This document shows, piece after piece, positions 27,298 to 36,585 of a DNA stretch of 64,000 nt. The translations under genes were made by a program, and so were the position numbers. The notes under the pieces are model-generated. The model made no database searches and was not told where the DNA came from. It was given only the letters and a program-made list of their open reading frames with translations. This DNA is from a virus (taxonomy: Duplodnaviria > Caudoviricetes). The stretch lies in IMG/VR virus record IMGVR_UViG_3300024269_004845; one strand, given 5' to 3'. Every line of letters starts with the position of its first letter. Position 1 is the stretch's first letter.

Positions 27298-27585
27298 TTA
27301 CATAAAACAATCTCTAATCAATCGATTATAAAGAGTAGAGTCTGTTCTTTTTAGCTCAGCAAGAGGTTGGACAATTTCATCTGGCATAACAATTCCAGTA
27401 GCATCATAGAAAACACCATCAATTTTGGTGATAAAGTGTCCTCTGATTGGCATGTAATAGATTCTTGCATAAGGGAAGCGCTTACATAAAATAAGTGCAA
27501 ACCAAAGGCAATTACCATCAATCCAATTAGCGTCCTTTTTCCATCTACGACGAATAAAATCCAATACTTCTTCTTGCTTATTCAA
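27298..27585 (-). CDS. hypothetical phage-type protein
   Basis: AAGGAG SD; GNCLWFA...GHF...FYDATG (Cys-His-Asp pattern). Confidence 0.7.
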   Translation of the reverse strand: MNKQEEVLDFIRRRWKKDANWIDGNCLWFALILCKRFPYARIYYMPIRGHFITKIDGVFYDATGIVMPDEIVQPLAELKRTDSTLYNRLIRDCFM

Positions 27586-27610
27586 TTAAAAATCTCCTTT
27601 ATCAGAGATA

Positions 27611-27697
27611 TGGTGCCGCTGACGGGAATCGAACCCGTATGAGGTTTCCCTCGAGGGATTTTAAGTCCCTTGTGTCTGCCAGTTCCACCACAGCGGC
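27611..27697 (-). tRNA. tRNA-Leu(TAA)
   Basis: AGGGA-ctTAAaa-TCCCT, V-arm, ACCA. Confidence 0.95.
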
Positions 27698-27946
27698 ATA
27701 TAGAAAATCCCAAAACTAATCAGCTGTTAATCAAACACCATTACTCCAGCACTTTAAACGCTTGCAGGTGTCAAACCTAGCACTTTATGCGGTTCTCGGA
27801 GCACTAACCATTTTGGGGGCTGATTCAACATCAGTCGTACTACATATAAAGGGGTGTTCAATCTTTCTCAGTTAAACTACTACTCAATATATGTATCCAA
27901 TACGCACGGTCTCCCGCGATATTGCCTTTGGGCCAACTTAATGGCT

Positions 27947-28029
27947 TGGTGCTGGCGGTGGGACTCGAACCCACACGGTTGCCCACTGGTTCCTAAGACC
28001 AGCGCGTCTGCCAATTCCGCCACGCCAGC
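27947..28029 (-). tRNA. tRNA-Leu(TAG)
   Basis: CTGGT-ctTAGga-ACCAG, V-arm, ACCA. Confidence 0.95.
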
Positions 28030-28041
28030 ATGTGGAGGATA

Positions 28042-28530
28042 TTAATAACTATCCTCGCCGTTTAGAGAATCATCATTAAAAATCCAATCCTCTACACGCA
28101 ATACTCGGTAGTTGTCCTTGTCGTCTCTGACAACAACAGTATCGATACCAGCATTGATAATCATTCTCTTGCACATAGAGCAAGGTTCAGACTTTGCTAC
28201 GTAAGCACCAGTATCCTTTTCCTTACCACAGAGATAAAGAGTAGCACCAATCATCTTTTCACGAGAAGCAGAAATAATAGCATTTGCTTCAGCATGAACA
28301 CTGCGGCAAAGTTCATATCTAGTACCACGAGGTACATTGAGCTTAGCACGAATACAAGTACCTACGTCACAACAATTCTTTCTTCCACGAGGTGCACCTA
28401 CATAACCAGTAGAAACAATCTCGTCATTCTTAACGATTACTGCACCATAATTACGTCTTAGACAGGTGCCACGTTCAAGAACAGTTTCAGCGATATCGAG
28501 GTAATAATTTGTCTTATCAATTCTATTCAT
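28042..28530 (-). CDS. dCMP deaminase family protein
   Basis: TCLRR.YGAVIV, VHAEANAII, PCSMC; start ATG 28530 after AAGGAG. Confidence 0.9.
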   Translation of the reverse strand: MNRIDKTNYYLDIAETVLERGTCLRRNYGAVIVKNDEIVSTGYVGAPRGRKNCCDVGTCIRAKLNVPRGTRYELCRSVHAEANAIISASREKMIGATLYLCGKEKDTGAYVAKSEPCSMCKRMIINAGIDTVVVRDDKDNYRVLRVEDWIFNDDSLNGEDSY

Positions 28531-28563
28531 CGGAATCTCTCCTTTGTTATTTTTCTTGTCTCT

Positions 28564-28592
28564 ATTATAACATAAAACCCAATAGAAATCAA
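28564..28592 (-). promoter_or_regulatory. sigma70/SigA promoter
   Basis: TTGATT-N17-TATAAT with TG extension. Confidence 0.7.
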
Positions 28593-28644
28593 TATATAAC
28601 ATGTAAAAATTTCGATAAATTTGTTTGATAATTTCTATTGGGAC

Positions 28645-28684
28645 AAACAAAAACCCCTTGCAAAACTCGTAGTTCTGCAAGGGG
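28645..28684 (-). terminator. intrinsic terminator or attenuator after leader ORF
   Basis: CCCCTTGCAGAACT-acg-AGTTTTGCAAGGGG-TTTTTGTTT. Confidence 0.85.
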
Positions 28685-28720
28685 CATAAAGAACATTCTT
28701 AGAAATACCTTATAATCCCG

Positions 28721-28819
28721 TTATACAGCAGTCAGAGTTTTGCGCATGACAAATGAACTCATAAGTATATATGAGCTGGACAAACTATATAAACTGGATA
28801 GCATGTTCATATTCATCAT
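28721..28819 (-). CDS. 32-aa Ser/Leu/Tyr/Met-rich leader peptide
   Basis: AAGGAGGAG SD; MMNMNMLSSLYSLSSSYILMSSFVMRKTLTAV*. Confidence 0.65.
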   Translation of the reverse strand: MMNMNMLSSLYSLSSSYILMSSFVMRKTLTAV

Positions 28820-28920
28820 GACAAAGTCTCCTCCTTAACAAGATTTTTTAAAGTATTTTTAAAGTATATCTTATACTATGATTGAACCGAGCTAATTATT
28901 ACTCGAATGTGTTTTATAGA

Positions 28921-29052
28921 ATATAGTCGTGAATATCAGCAACGATTTTGTTTGAGTTCTATAAGGTTTGAATTCAGGTTTCAAAGAATAGAAATTAATA
29001 AAAATTTACATTTAATTTTTAGATGAAATCGTTATCTCCGCTACGACTATAT
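28921..29052 (-). ncRNA. candidate structured 5' leader or small RNA
   Basis: ATATAGTCGT/ACGACTATAT plus AACGATTT/AAATCGTT nested helices, directly after promoter 29055-29083. Confidence 0.45.
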
Positions 29053-29054
29053 AC

Positions 29055-29083
29055 ATTATAACATGTTATTTTCGAAAAGTCAA
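29055..29083 (-). promoter_or_regulatory. sigma70/SigA promoter
   Basis: TTGACT-N17-TATAAT with TG extension. Confidence 0.8.
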
Positions 29084-29107
29084 GACCTTTTTGCAAATTT
29101 TTTAAAA

Positions 29108-29365
29108 TTATTGTTCGAGGTCTTTCATTAGACTAATCAATTTACTTTTAAGCCGTCCACATTCTTTAATCCTTAGAAACATCTTTAAGGTAATAATTGA
29201 GATGATAATAAATGCGATAGTTGTTACCGTTACAGAAACATTAAAGAATGTGGAAATTGCTGTTACAATAGATAATATAAATAGCAAACAAATAATCTTG
29301 AAGTCGTTTTTATTTTGCTTTGTGATTTTATCTATTGTAATTTTTAGCTTTTCTTTTAATTCCAT
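29108..29365 (-). CDS. small membrane protein
   Basis: two hydrophobic segments, AAGGAG SD. Confidence 0.65.
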   Translation of the reverse strand: MELKEKLKITIDKITKQNKNDFKIICLLFILSIVTAISTFFNVSVTVTTIAFIIISIITLKMFLRIKECGRLKSKLISLMKDLEQ

Positions 29366-29380
29366 AAATATGCACTCCTT

Positions 29381-29476
29381 TTAATGAATAAGCATACCCA
29401 AAATATGGGGTACAAACATCATCAAAAAGTAATAGAGAACAAATAAACCAACAATGCCTTTCAAAATCTTTCTCAT
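29381..29476 (-). CDS. 31-aa hydrophobic peptide (not in ORF track)
   Basis: AAGGAG SD; MRKILKGIVGLFVLYYFLMMFVPHILGMLIH*. Confidence 0.55.
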   Translation of the reverse strand: MRKILKGIVGLFVLYYFLMMFVPHILGMLIH

Positions 29477-29549
29477 ATATCTGTCACTCCTTATTTTAAT
29501 TTTGATTGTTTATATAATAACATATTTTGAATTAAAAGTCAAGAGTTTA

Positions 29550-29840
29550 TTACAACATATTGAAGTCGCAATTTCTAGGGATAAAAATTTCAACACCTTT
29601 GGTCATTCCAGAAAGAGCATTTGAATTAATAGAAACCATTGGTTCAATATAATCATCAGTTACAGTATATTTTACAGTTGCGGCATCAACCATTGTATGC
29701 TGAATCCAGCCATCCTGGTCATAAGTTAGGTGACAGTATTCCTTTACTGTTTGATAATTTTTTTCCATAACGGTCTCTGCGCTAAAGTTCATATGAATTA
29801 ATTTTGCGGTTGGGCCTTTACTCATTTTTGCTCCAAACAT
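29550..29840 (-). CDS. hypothetical protein
   Basis: AAAGGAG SD, 96 aa. Confidence 0.65.
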   Translation of the reverse strand: MFGAKMSKGPTAKLIHMNFSAETVMEKNYQTVKEYCHLTYDQDGWIQHTMVDAATVKYTVTDDYIEPMVSINSNALSGMTKGVEIFIPRNCDFNML

Positions 29841-29928
29841 ATCTATTATCTCCTTTCTACGTTTTAAATATATTTTTTTTCGATAAAAATCGTAATATAT
29901 ATTATATTATAACCGAGGAGGATTTAAG

Positions 29929-30768
29929 ATGAAAAAATATTGCTTAGTTGCTCTATTAACTTTGTGTTTGGCTCTTTGTCTAGCAGGTTGTGGAGATAAA
30001 CAGGAAGTAATTGTTCCTGATGTTCAGGATGACCCAATTCATACTGTATTTGATTCATCTTTTGACGTTGATAATATAGAAAAATACGATTTTACATTAG
30101 TTTTTGAAAGCAATCAAAACTTTAATGTATACGAAATAGTTGATAGGACAATAGAAAAAACATCCATCCAGCATGAATATAACAATGTCACCTATATGAA
30201 AGATGCTACTGCCCAATATGACCCGTTTGATTTATTTGTATATCGGGATGGGGCGTTTTATTCCATGTGGGACTTAGTATCTAGAAACCGATTAAGTTTT
30301 GGCGAAATTAAGCATTTGGTTGATGGACACTCATCTCTTAATGATGAAGAATATATTAGTAAAGATTTTGTGTTCGCAGAGGGATTGATAGAAGAATTAA
30401 AAACAAAAGAGCTTCTTTCTTATCCTATTTATAATAATTGCGAACCCGCTATGATAAATGCTTATTTTCAATTAAAAACTGAGGATTATGCATGGGCACT
30501 TCTTAACGTAGATGATATAGCTGGTTATTTTGACTGTATTTTTATCGCAAGATACGAAAATCCAGAACAGAGAGGCGCAATTCTTGATGCAATTGAATAT
30601 AGAAAGCCTATTGTCAAAGAAAATAAAGTGAATGAAGAAATGAAAGAAAATCGCGCAAAGAATCAAAGAGTTTACGAAATTGAAGACAGAAAACTGATTG
30701 TTTATTTCTCTGCAATGTATCCTAAAGAAGGCATTTATGAATTTATTGAAAGTTATATTGAACAGTAA
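29929..30768 (+). CDS. lipoprotein
   Basis: LAGC lipobox. Confidence 0.75.
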   Translation: MKKYCLVALLTLCLALCLAGCGDKQEVIVPDVQDDPIHTVFDSSFDVDNIEKYDFTLVFESNQNFNVYEIVDRTIEKTSIQHEYNNVTYMKDATAQYDPFDLFVYRDGAFYSMWDLVSRNRLSFGEIKHLVDGHSSLNDEEYISKDFVFAEGLIEELKTKELLSYPIYNNCEPAMINAYFQLKTEDYAWALLNVDDIAGYFDCIFIARYENPEQRGAILDAIEYRKPIVKENKVNEEMKENRAKNQRVYEIEDRKLIVYFSAMYPKEGIYEFIESYIEQ

Positions 30769-30801
30769 AAAAGAAAACTCGCTCAAAAGAGCGAGTTTTT
30801 G

Positions 30802-31191
30802 TTATGTAGCGATTTTCTGCGGAGTGCCGTCTTCGTTCATGGTGTACCATACAATCGTTATTCCGCGCTTTGCGGCAATATTCGAAAGCATGAGTACGAT
30901 TTCTGCGCTCTTTTTTATGGGCGCATTAATAAGAATGGGCACTTCCTTCGAAGATTTTGTGGCACCAGTCCAAGCCCACATAACACTGGAATGGCCACAG
31001 CGGGGGCAGAATTTCAGTTCGGGAAAATCCTTAGGGTTAACCTCAAAGGTTCCACAACCCTGACAGAAAATGGTCTGCTTCTCGATGTTGTTAAAAAGCC
31101 GCTTATCCAGATAGTTATAGTAGTCCTTGTTATTGGCAAAATGCTTAGTAACGATGCCGTCGCCTTCTTTTACCTTAAAAAGATTAATCAT
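30802..31191 (-). CDS. Zn-ribbon hypothetical protein
   Basis: CQGC...CPRC. Confidence 0.65.
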   Translation of the reverse strand: MINLFKVKEGDGIVTKHFANNKDYYNYLDKRLFNNIEKQTIFCQGCGTFEVNPKDFPELKFCPRCGHSSVMWAWTGATKSSKEVPILINAPIKKSAEIVLMLSNIAAKRGITIVWYTMNEDGTPQKIAT

Positions 31192-31403
31192 TCGTCACAC
31201 CTCCAAATATTCCTTCCATGATTACTTTTTTCTTATTTATATATTTTATTGTTTTTTTATAATAAAAATAATAAAAAACAAAAATCATTTTTAGTTCATA
31301 TCAATTATAACACATTTTTTCAAAAAAAGCAAATAGAATACTAGAAAAATTCTATATAATATGTTATACTATATATAAACAGCAAACATGGGAGGGATAT
31401 AAA

Positions 31404-32732
31404 GTGTTTTTACCAAAAGATGTTTTGAAAGTTTTGAATAAATTAAATGATGCAGGATATGAATCGTATGTTGTGGGAGGAGCTGTTAGAGACCATGTAA
31501 TGGGATTGGAACCTCATGATTATGACATTACTACTTCTGCGCTACCAAGCCAAATCAAAGAAGTATTTCCCGAACACTTTGCTCTTGGAGAAAAGTTTGG
31601 TACTATTTCTGTAATTACTGATTCTGAGCCTATCGAAGTTACTACTTTTCGAAAGGATTCCGATTATTCCGATGGCCGACATCCTGATAAAATCGAATTT
31701 GTGACTTCTGTGTATGATGATTTATGCAGACGAGATTTCACAATGAATGCTATTGCATTCAATCCTAAAACTGGGTTTGTCGACCCATTTAATGGGATTA
31801 TGGATATTGAAAACAAGTTGATTCGATGTGTAAATAATCCTATTGATAGATTCAATGAAGACGGTTTAAGAATTCTTCGTGCGGCTAGATTTGCTGCTAA
31901 ATTGGGATTCGATATCGAGCAAAAAACGTTGGTAGGCATGCAAAATACCATCAATATGCTTGATTGTGTCGCTGAGGAACGTATTGGTCCTGAATTTGTA
32001 AAAATTTTGATGTCTGACCACGCAGAAAAGACTTTGCATGATTATGCTTTTGTAATTAAAAAAATTATTCCAGAATATTGCAGAGTTCTTAGATGTAAGC
32101 AAAATAATCCTCACCACATTTATACGCTCGAAGGTCATACATTGAAGGTTGTCGAAAACGTGCCGAAAAAAGAAATTGTTCGTCTGGCTGCTTTTTTCCA
32201 TGACATTGGTAAGCCATATGTTATGGTTAAGGATAAGGACGGTATTGAACATTTTCCTGGTCATGCAAGAAAAGGCGCAGAACTAACAGAAAAAATTATG
32301 ACACGGCTCCGTTTTTCAAGTAAAGAAATTAAAGATGTAAGCGATTTGGTTAAGTATCATGATTCTTTCTGGAAGCCAACTAAGAGAATAACTAAAAATC
32401 TTCTTAGTAAGTTGGGTGATGAATTATTCTTTGATATTGTAGAACTTCGAAAAGCTGATATTCTTGCACAGGCATCAAAAAATGATAATAGCATTGAGAC
32501 TCTTTTGATGTTCTATAATCAAATTAAAGAAGAAAATTCTGCTATTACACTAAAGGATTTGGCTATTGATGGTAACGACTTAATCAACGAATGTCATATT
32601 CATCCATCTCCTTTATTCAAGAAAGTCCTAAATACCTTACTTGAAATGGTGATGGATGAAGTAATTAAAAATGACAAGGCAATTTTACTTGAAGAGGCAA
32701 AAAAAATTATTCAAAACGAAAAAGACTGTTGA
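31404..32732 (+). CDS. cca: CCA-adding tRNA nucleotidyltransferase with HD domain
   Basis: VGGAVRD, DYDITT, RRDFTMNAIA, EDGLRILRAARF, H...FFHDIGKP...H...HD. Confidence 0.9.
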   Translation: MFLPKDVLKVLNKLNDAGYESYVVGGAVRDHVMGLEPHDYDITTSALPSQIKEVFPEHFALGEKFGTISVITDSEPIEVTTFRKDSDYSDGRHPDKIEFVTSVYDDLCRRDFTMNAIAFNPKTGFVDPFNGIMDIENKLIRCVNNPIDRFNEDGLRILRAARFAAKLGFDIEQKTLVGMQNTINMLDCVAEERIGPEFVKILMSDHAEKTLHDYAFVIKKIIPEYCRVLRCKQNNPHHIYTLEGHTLKVVENVPKKEIVRLAAFFHDIGKPYVMVKDKDGIEHFPGHARKGAELTEKIMTRLRFSSKEIKDVSDLVKYHDSFWKPTKRITKNLLSKLGDELFFDIVELRKADILAQASKNDNSIETLLMFYNQIKEENSAITLKDLAIDGNDLINECHIHPSPLFKKVLNTLLEMVMDEVIKNDKAILLEEAKKIIQNEKDC

Positions 32733-32753
32733 TGTTCTCAACAGTCTTTTTTA

Positions 32754-34343
32754 TTATGCTAAATTAGCGTAATCTCTTATACCAGTGATAGCATTGTATC
32801 TAAATGAATAAATAGAATAAGTATCGTCTTTTTCAATATATTCGGAACAATATACCCAGTTATCTTCTATTCCATAAATAATAATGTTGTTCCCCAAATA
32901 CTTATCATTTACGGTTAGGCTTAATTCTGAGTCTCCTGTTTCGTTTGCTTTAACCAGATTAATTGCAAATTCTACGGGATATTTTTCTTCGGAATAGAAA
33001 AGCCTAAATGTATCCGTTTGATATGTCTGGGTTTCATTTGTTTCTGGATTATAAGTTACATTATAAATATAACCCGTATTATCCATTAAATAAATAGAAA
33101 TTGTGTCATCTTCAACAAAGGAATAGTAAAAATTCTCTTTAGCTGCTCCGATTTGGATTGGAATTTCTAGGGTTGCAACTTCTTCCAATTTGAAATCTTT
33201 GCTATTAAAAGTATGAACAGTTATTTTCCCTCGAGGATTTTTAACTGGCAAGTAATACTTTCCATCAATAATATTAAAATCCCCACCTGTTTCTTTTATT
33301 TCCGCTAATGTTTTTAGATTTATCTCGTTTACAGAATTTTTTTCAATGTTTATTCCAAAAATATCATCTCTTCCAACTGCTACATATTTACCATCTAAAT
33401 AATAAATATTTTGGGCAGTTCTTTGGACACTTCCAACAGCAGAAATGGAAATATTTAAAGACTCATCGATATCAATAGTGTATACTTCTACAGCATGACC
33501 CATTAAACCAAACATATAAATGGTTTCGTCTGTTTTATGTAAAAAAATATTCTGCAAATCAGTTGCGAAAGTAATATTGTTTGGGGTTATATCTAGTGAA
33601 GAACCATACAGGTCATAAACAACAAGCATTTTCCCGTATGTTCCTTCTCTGACAACCAATTCTTTTGTTTCGTCAATATTTACAGTCTTTCTTAATAGTC
33701 CTGACTCGTTGAGAACTGGATGTTCTATATTGGGTTTTACTGTCGTTATAGCACCAATACTCCTGTCAATATAAAATTTTTCATTGTTCATATATGTTTC
33801 TAAAGTTAAAAGCGAAATATAATTTTTATTTTTATAATTTACTGCTAACTTTTCTTCATCAGTAATTAGTTTTACCTCATTGACGTCAATTGCTTCTGCA
33901 GATACACTTCCTTCTGACAAAGTAGAAATATCTAATTTTATAGTTTCAGGAGCTGTTATAGAGATTCCTGCTTCTGTTACATCAAAATCAATTCCTGTAA
34001 CCTGATGTACCATATTTAAGTCTAAGAAATAATAATTTAAGATTTTTAATGCAGGAATTTTATAGTATTTATCACCAATTTTAACTGGTACTCCGTAATA
34101 GGCATCTCTATATAGTTCTTCTTTTACAAGGGTAACTGTTTCCATTTCGACCACCTTATCACTCATATCTGTTTTTTTGTGAGTGATTTCAGCTTCTGTA
34201 TCTTCGACCGCTACATCATCGGTCATAGTTACTATTTCATCAGGCTCTAAAATTGGGGGTTCCTCGATTGTCTGCTGGCCACATCCTGCTAGTAATCCTA
34301 ATAGCATTGTGGAAATTATTGAAATACATAAAAGACGTTTCAA
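32754..34343 (-). CDS. lipoprotein
   Basis: LAGC lipobox, 529 aa. Confidence 0.75.
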   Translation of the reverse strand: MKRLLCISIISTMLLGLLAGCGQQTIEEPPILEPDEIVTMTDDVAVEDTEAEITHKKTDMSDKVVEMETVTLVKEELYRDAYYGVPVKIGDKYYKIPALKILNYYFLDLNMVHQVTGIDFDVTEAGISITAPETIKLDISTLSEGSVSAEAIDVNEVKLITDEEKLAVNYKNKNYISLLTLETYMNNEKFYIDRSIGAITTVKPNIEHPVLNESGLLRKTVNIDETKELVVREGTYGKMLVVYDLYGSSLDITPNNITFATDLQNIFLHKTDETIYMFGLMGHAVEVYTIDIDESLNISISAVGSVQRTAQNIYYLDGKYVAVGRDDIFGINIEKNSVNEINLKTLAEIKETGGDFNIIDGKYYLPVKNPRGKITVHTFNSKDFKLEEVATLEIPIQIGAAKENFYYSFVEDDTISIYLMDNTGYIYNVTYNPETNETQTYQTDTFRLFYSEEKYPVEFAINLVKANETGDSELSLTVNDKYLGNNIIIYGIEDNWVYCSEYIEKDDTYSIYSFRYNAITGIRDYANLA

Positions 34344-34345
34344 GA

Positions 34346-35623
34346 TTATTCCTCCTTTAATACGATATCTATAATATTCAATTCGGTGTTTGACATGTAG
34401 GAAATTTCATTTCTTACTACACCGATTTCTTTAAAAACTTTTGGAAGCCATGTTTGGATATTTGTTATTACGGCATCATATGTCTCTATGTTAGTTGTTC
34501 TAAAAGTAATGTGGTTTGGGTTTAGTTCATAACTATGTTTTGATATTTTTACCACATCTACTTCTGAATAATTATTTAAAATTAAGTCATTGTAATAATA
34601 GTAGTTATACTTTGTATTGTTTGCTTCTGGCAGATAATCGAAATAATATATCTTGTGGCTTAATGTCAAGTCTTCTGCTGTAAGAGCAAAATAGTTATAT
34701 GGCAAATATTTTGATGTATTAGTAGGGGAGTCCCAAGTAACATCAAAGAAATACCATTGATTATCTATTTTAGCCATATTCCATTCATGAGCTTGTTCTT
34801 TAGATTCTCCTACTACTGTTAATGAATCTATATCAATTAAACTTAATAAGTATTGAAAAGATTCTGCGAATCCTTCACATGTAGCACGATTTTTAATTAA
34901 TGCGCCATAAATACTATAATCCGTTTCTTCATCGCTCTTATATTCTATATTTTTTGTTAAAAACATATATAAATAAAGAACCTTATTGTAATCACCATCG
35001 ATAGCAGATAATTGTTGTAGAATTTCATGCGAAACAATATTTAGTTCGTTTTTAGCACTAGAAATACTTTCTTTTGTCCACAAGTCGCTATATTCAAATT
35101 CTATTTCCATTGCCGAAACAGTTCCATTTATTTTTGTTGTCAAAATTTTAAAACTAGTTGGGCAATAGAATATCTGTGGGTTGTCCATTCTTACAAATTC
35201 ATAAATATCTGATATTCTTTCTGCATTAACAATTGGAATAGATATTTTACTATCAAAATTGTTCAGTCCTTCATAAATCGCCTTATACAACTCTTTTTCT
35301 TTATCGTCTTCTAGTTTTTTACGATAGTAAAAAAGATTATATTCATCGGGAGACAAAATTGGAACGACTGGGTCAGTAACGACCACTTCTTCATCTTTGA
35401 CGTCGAGTGGTTTATCTGTTTCTGTTGTTGGATTATCAACAACGTCCTCAATTGTTATTTGTGTGTCAGGTATTTCGTTCTCCTTTGACACGGAATTATC
35501 TTCGATTGGGGTTTTAACCTCGTCGATAATTACTTGTTCATTTGAACAACCATTCATAATACTTATTAACAATGCAATAAGGAGAACATATGAAATTTTG
35601 TTAATTAAATTTTTAATTTTCAA
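34346..35623 (-). CDS. transglutaminase-like lipoprotein with intact Cys-His-Asp triad
   Basis: MNGC lipobox; ATCEGFA, HEWN, FDVTWD. Confidence 0.85.
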   Translation of the reverse strand: MKIKNLINKISYVLLIALLISIMNGCSNEQVIIDEVKTPIEDNSVSKENEIPDTQITIEDVVDNPTTETDKPLDVKDEEVVVTDPVVPILSPDEYNLFYYRKKLEDDKEKELYKAIYEGLNNFDSKISIPIVNAERISDIYEFVRMDNPQIFYCPTSFKILTTKINGTVSAMEIEFEYSDLWTKESISSAKNELNIVSHEILQQLSAIDGDYNKVLYLYMFLTKNIEYKSDEETDYSIYGALIKNRATCEGFAESFQYLLSLIDIDSLTVVGESKEQAHEWNMAKIDNQWYFFDVTWDSPTNTSKYLPYNYFALTAEDLTLSHKIYYFDYLPEANNTKYNYYYYNDLILNNYSEVDVVKISKHSYELNPNHITFRTTNIETYDAVITNIQTWLPKVFKEIGVVRNEISYMSNTELNIIDIVLKEE

Positions 35624-35929
35624 TTAATTGTTCTCCTCTCATAGTTAATTAAAAATCTAAAACAAAATGTTAGTTTTTTATATTATAGCATGAAACTATT
35701 AAAAAGTAAACTAAACATAGTCTTATTTATAACAATCTGAATATTTTTTAGTGGGTCAAACACGTTAGGTATTTTCTTTTTTGTAAAGATATGGTATTAT
35801 TATTTTATAGGAAATTTGGGTCTAGTAAAGCATTAAAAACTGCTATTTAACTGGCTCCAAACGTATTATATAAAAGCAATATCATAATTTTTGCTAGATA
35901 TTATTATTTTTTAAAAAGGAGTGAATTCG

Positions 35930-36217
35930 ATGGCAGCTGGAGATAAGATTGGCGTTTGCCCTATTTGTGGCGCAGACGTTGTAGAAAATTCTAAGGCTTA
36001 TGGTTGCAGTCATTGGCGTGAATCTGATGGTGCATGTAAGTTTACCGTTTGGAAGACTATTGCAAAGCGTGAAATGAAAGAAGAAGAAGTTAAGGCTCTT
36101 ATTGAAAATAAGGAGACTGATTATCTTGATGGATTTGTTTCTAAGAAGGGTAATGCTTTCTCAGCTAAGCTTTGTTTGAGAGACGGGAAGATTGAAATGG
36201 AGTTTAAGCCTCGCTAA
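35930..36217 (+). CDS. stand-alone topoisomerase III C-terminal Zn-ribbon/repeat protein
   Basis: IGVCPICG, YGCS..., CKFTVWK, GFVSKKGNAFSAKL. Confidence 0.8.
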   Translation: MAAGDKIGVCPICGADVVENSKAYGCSHWRESDGACKFTVWKTIAKREMKEEEVKALIENKETDYLDGFVSKKGNAFSAKLCLRDGKIEMEFKPR

Positions 36218-36323
36218 ACTCTGGAATTAAACAGGTTTAAGGGTTTACAAACTCAACAAAAAATGCTATAATATAAGTGTTCAAATGAACAAGTAAATTA
36301 GATAATAACAGGAGGATTTAAAA

Positions 36324-36497
36324 ATGTTTCCTAAGAAGACTGCAGAACAGTTTGTTGAAGAGATGAAGAAGAAGTATGGTGCAAAGTATGAACTTGTGGG
36401 TAGGTACGGTAATATGAATACTCGTACAACTTTCAAGGATACTGAAACAGGCGAGGTTTTTGATAAGGCTCCTGTTGATTTGATGCGTATGTCTTAA
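36324..36497 (+). CDS. 57-aa small protein (not in ORF track)
   Basis: GGAGG SD, own promoter and terminator; MFPKKTAEQFVEEMKKKYG...YGNMNT...GEVFDKAP. Confidence 0.7.
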   Translation: MFPKKTAEQFVEEMKKKYGAKYELVGRYGNMNTRTTFKDTETGEVFDKAPVDLMRMS

Positions 36498-36585
36498 AAA
36501 ATGCGGTGGAACGGCTTTGTTCCACCGTTTTGTTTTATTTATAAACAAAAGAACCAATTGCAATTTTTGCAATTGGTTCTTTTTA

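Noticed and set aside
23030-28029. HDV-like theta ribozymes at tRNA 3' ends, group I introns, tmRNA or RNase P RNA in the spacers
   Set aside because: No HDV-like core, group I core or tag-reading-frame signature found by eye; needs Infernal to exclude formally
24760-28045. ORF-track entries overlapping tRNAs (24760-25008, 24801-25061, 25167-25394, 25505-25693, 25973-26269, 26385-26591, 27049-27261, 27854-28045)
   Set aside because: They translate tRNA sequence, lack SD sites and arise from local GC richness
28836-29052. T-box riboswitch upstream of the tRNA array
   Set aside because: No GGTGGNACCGCG-type T-box sequence before the terminator
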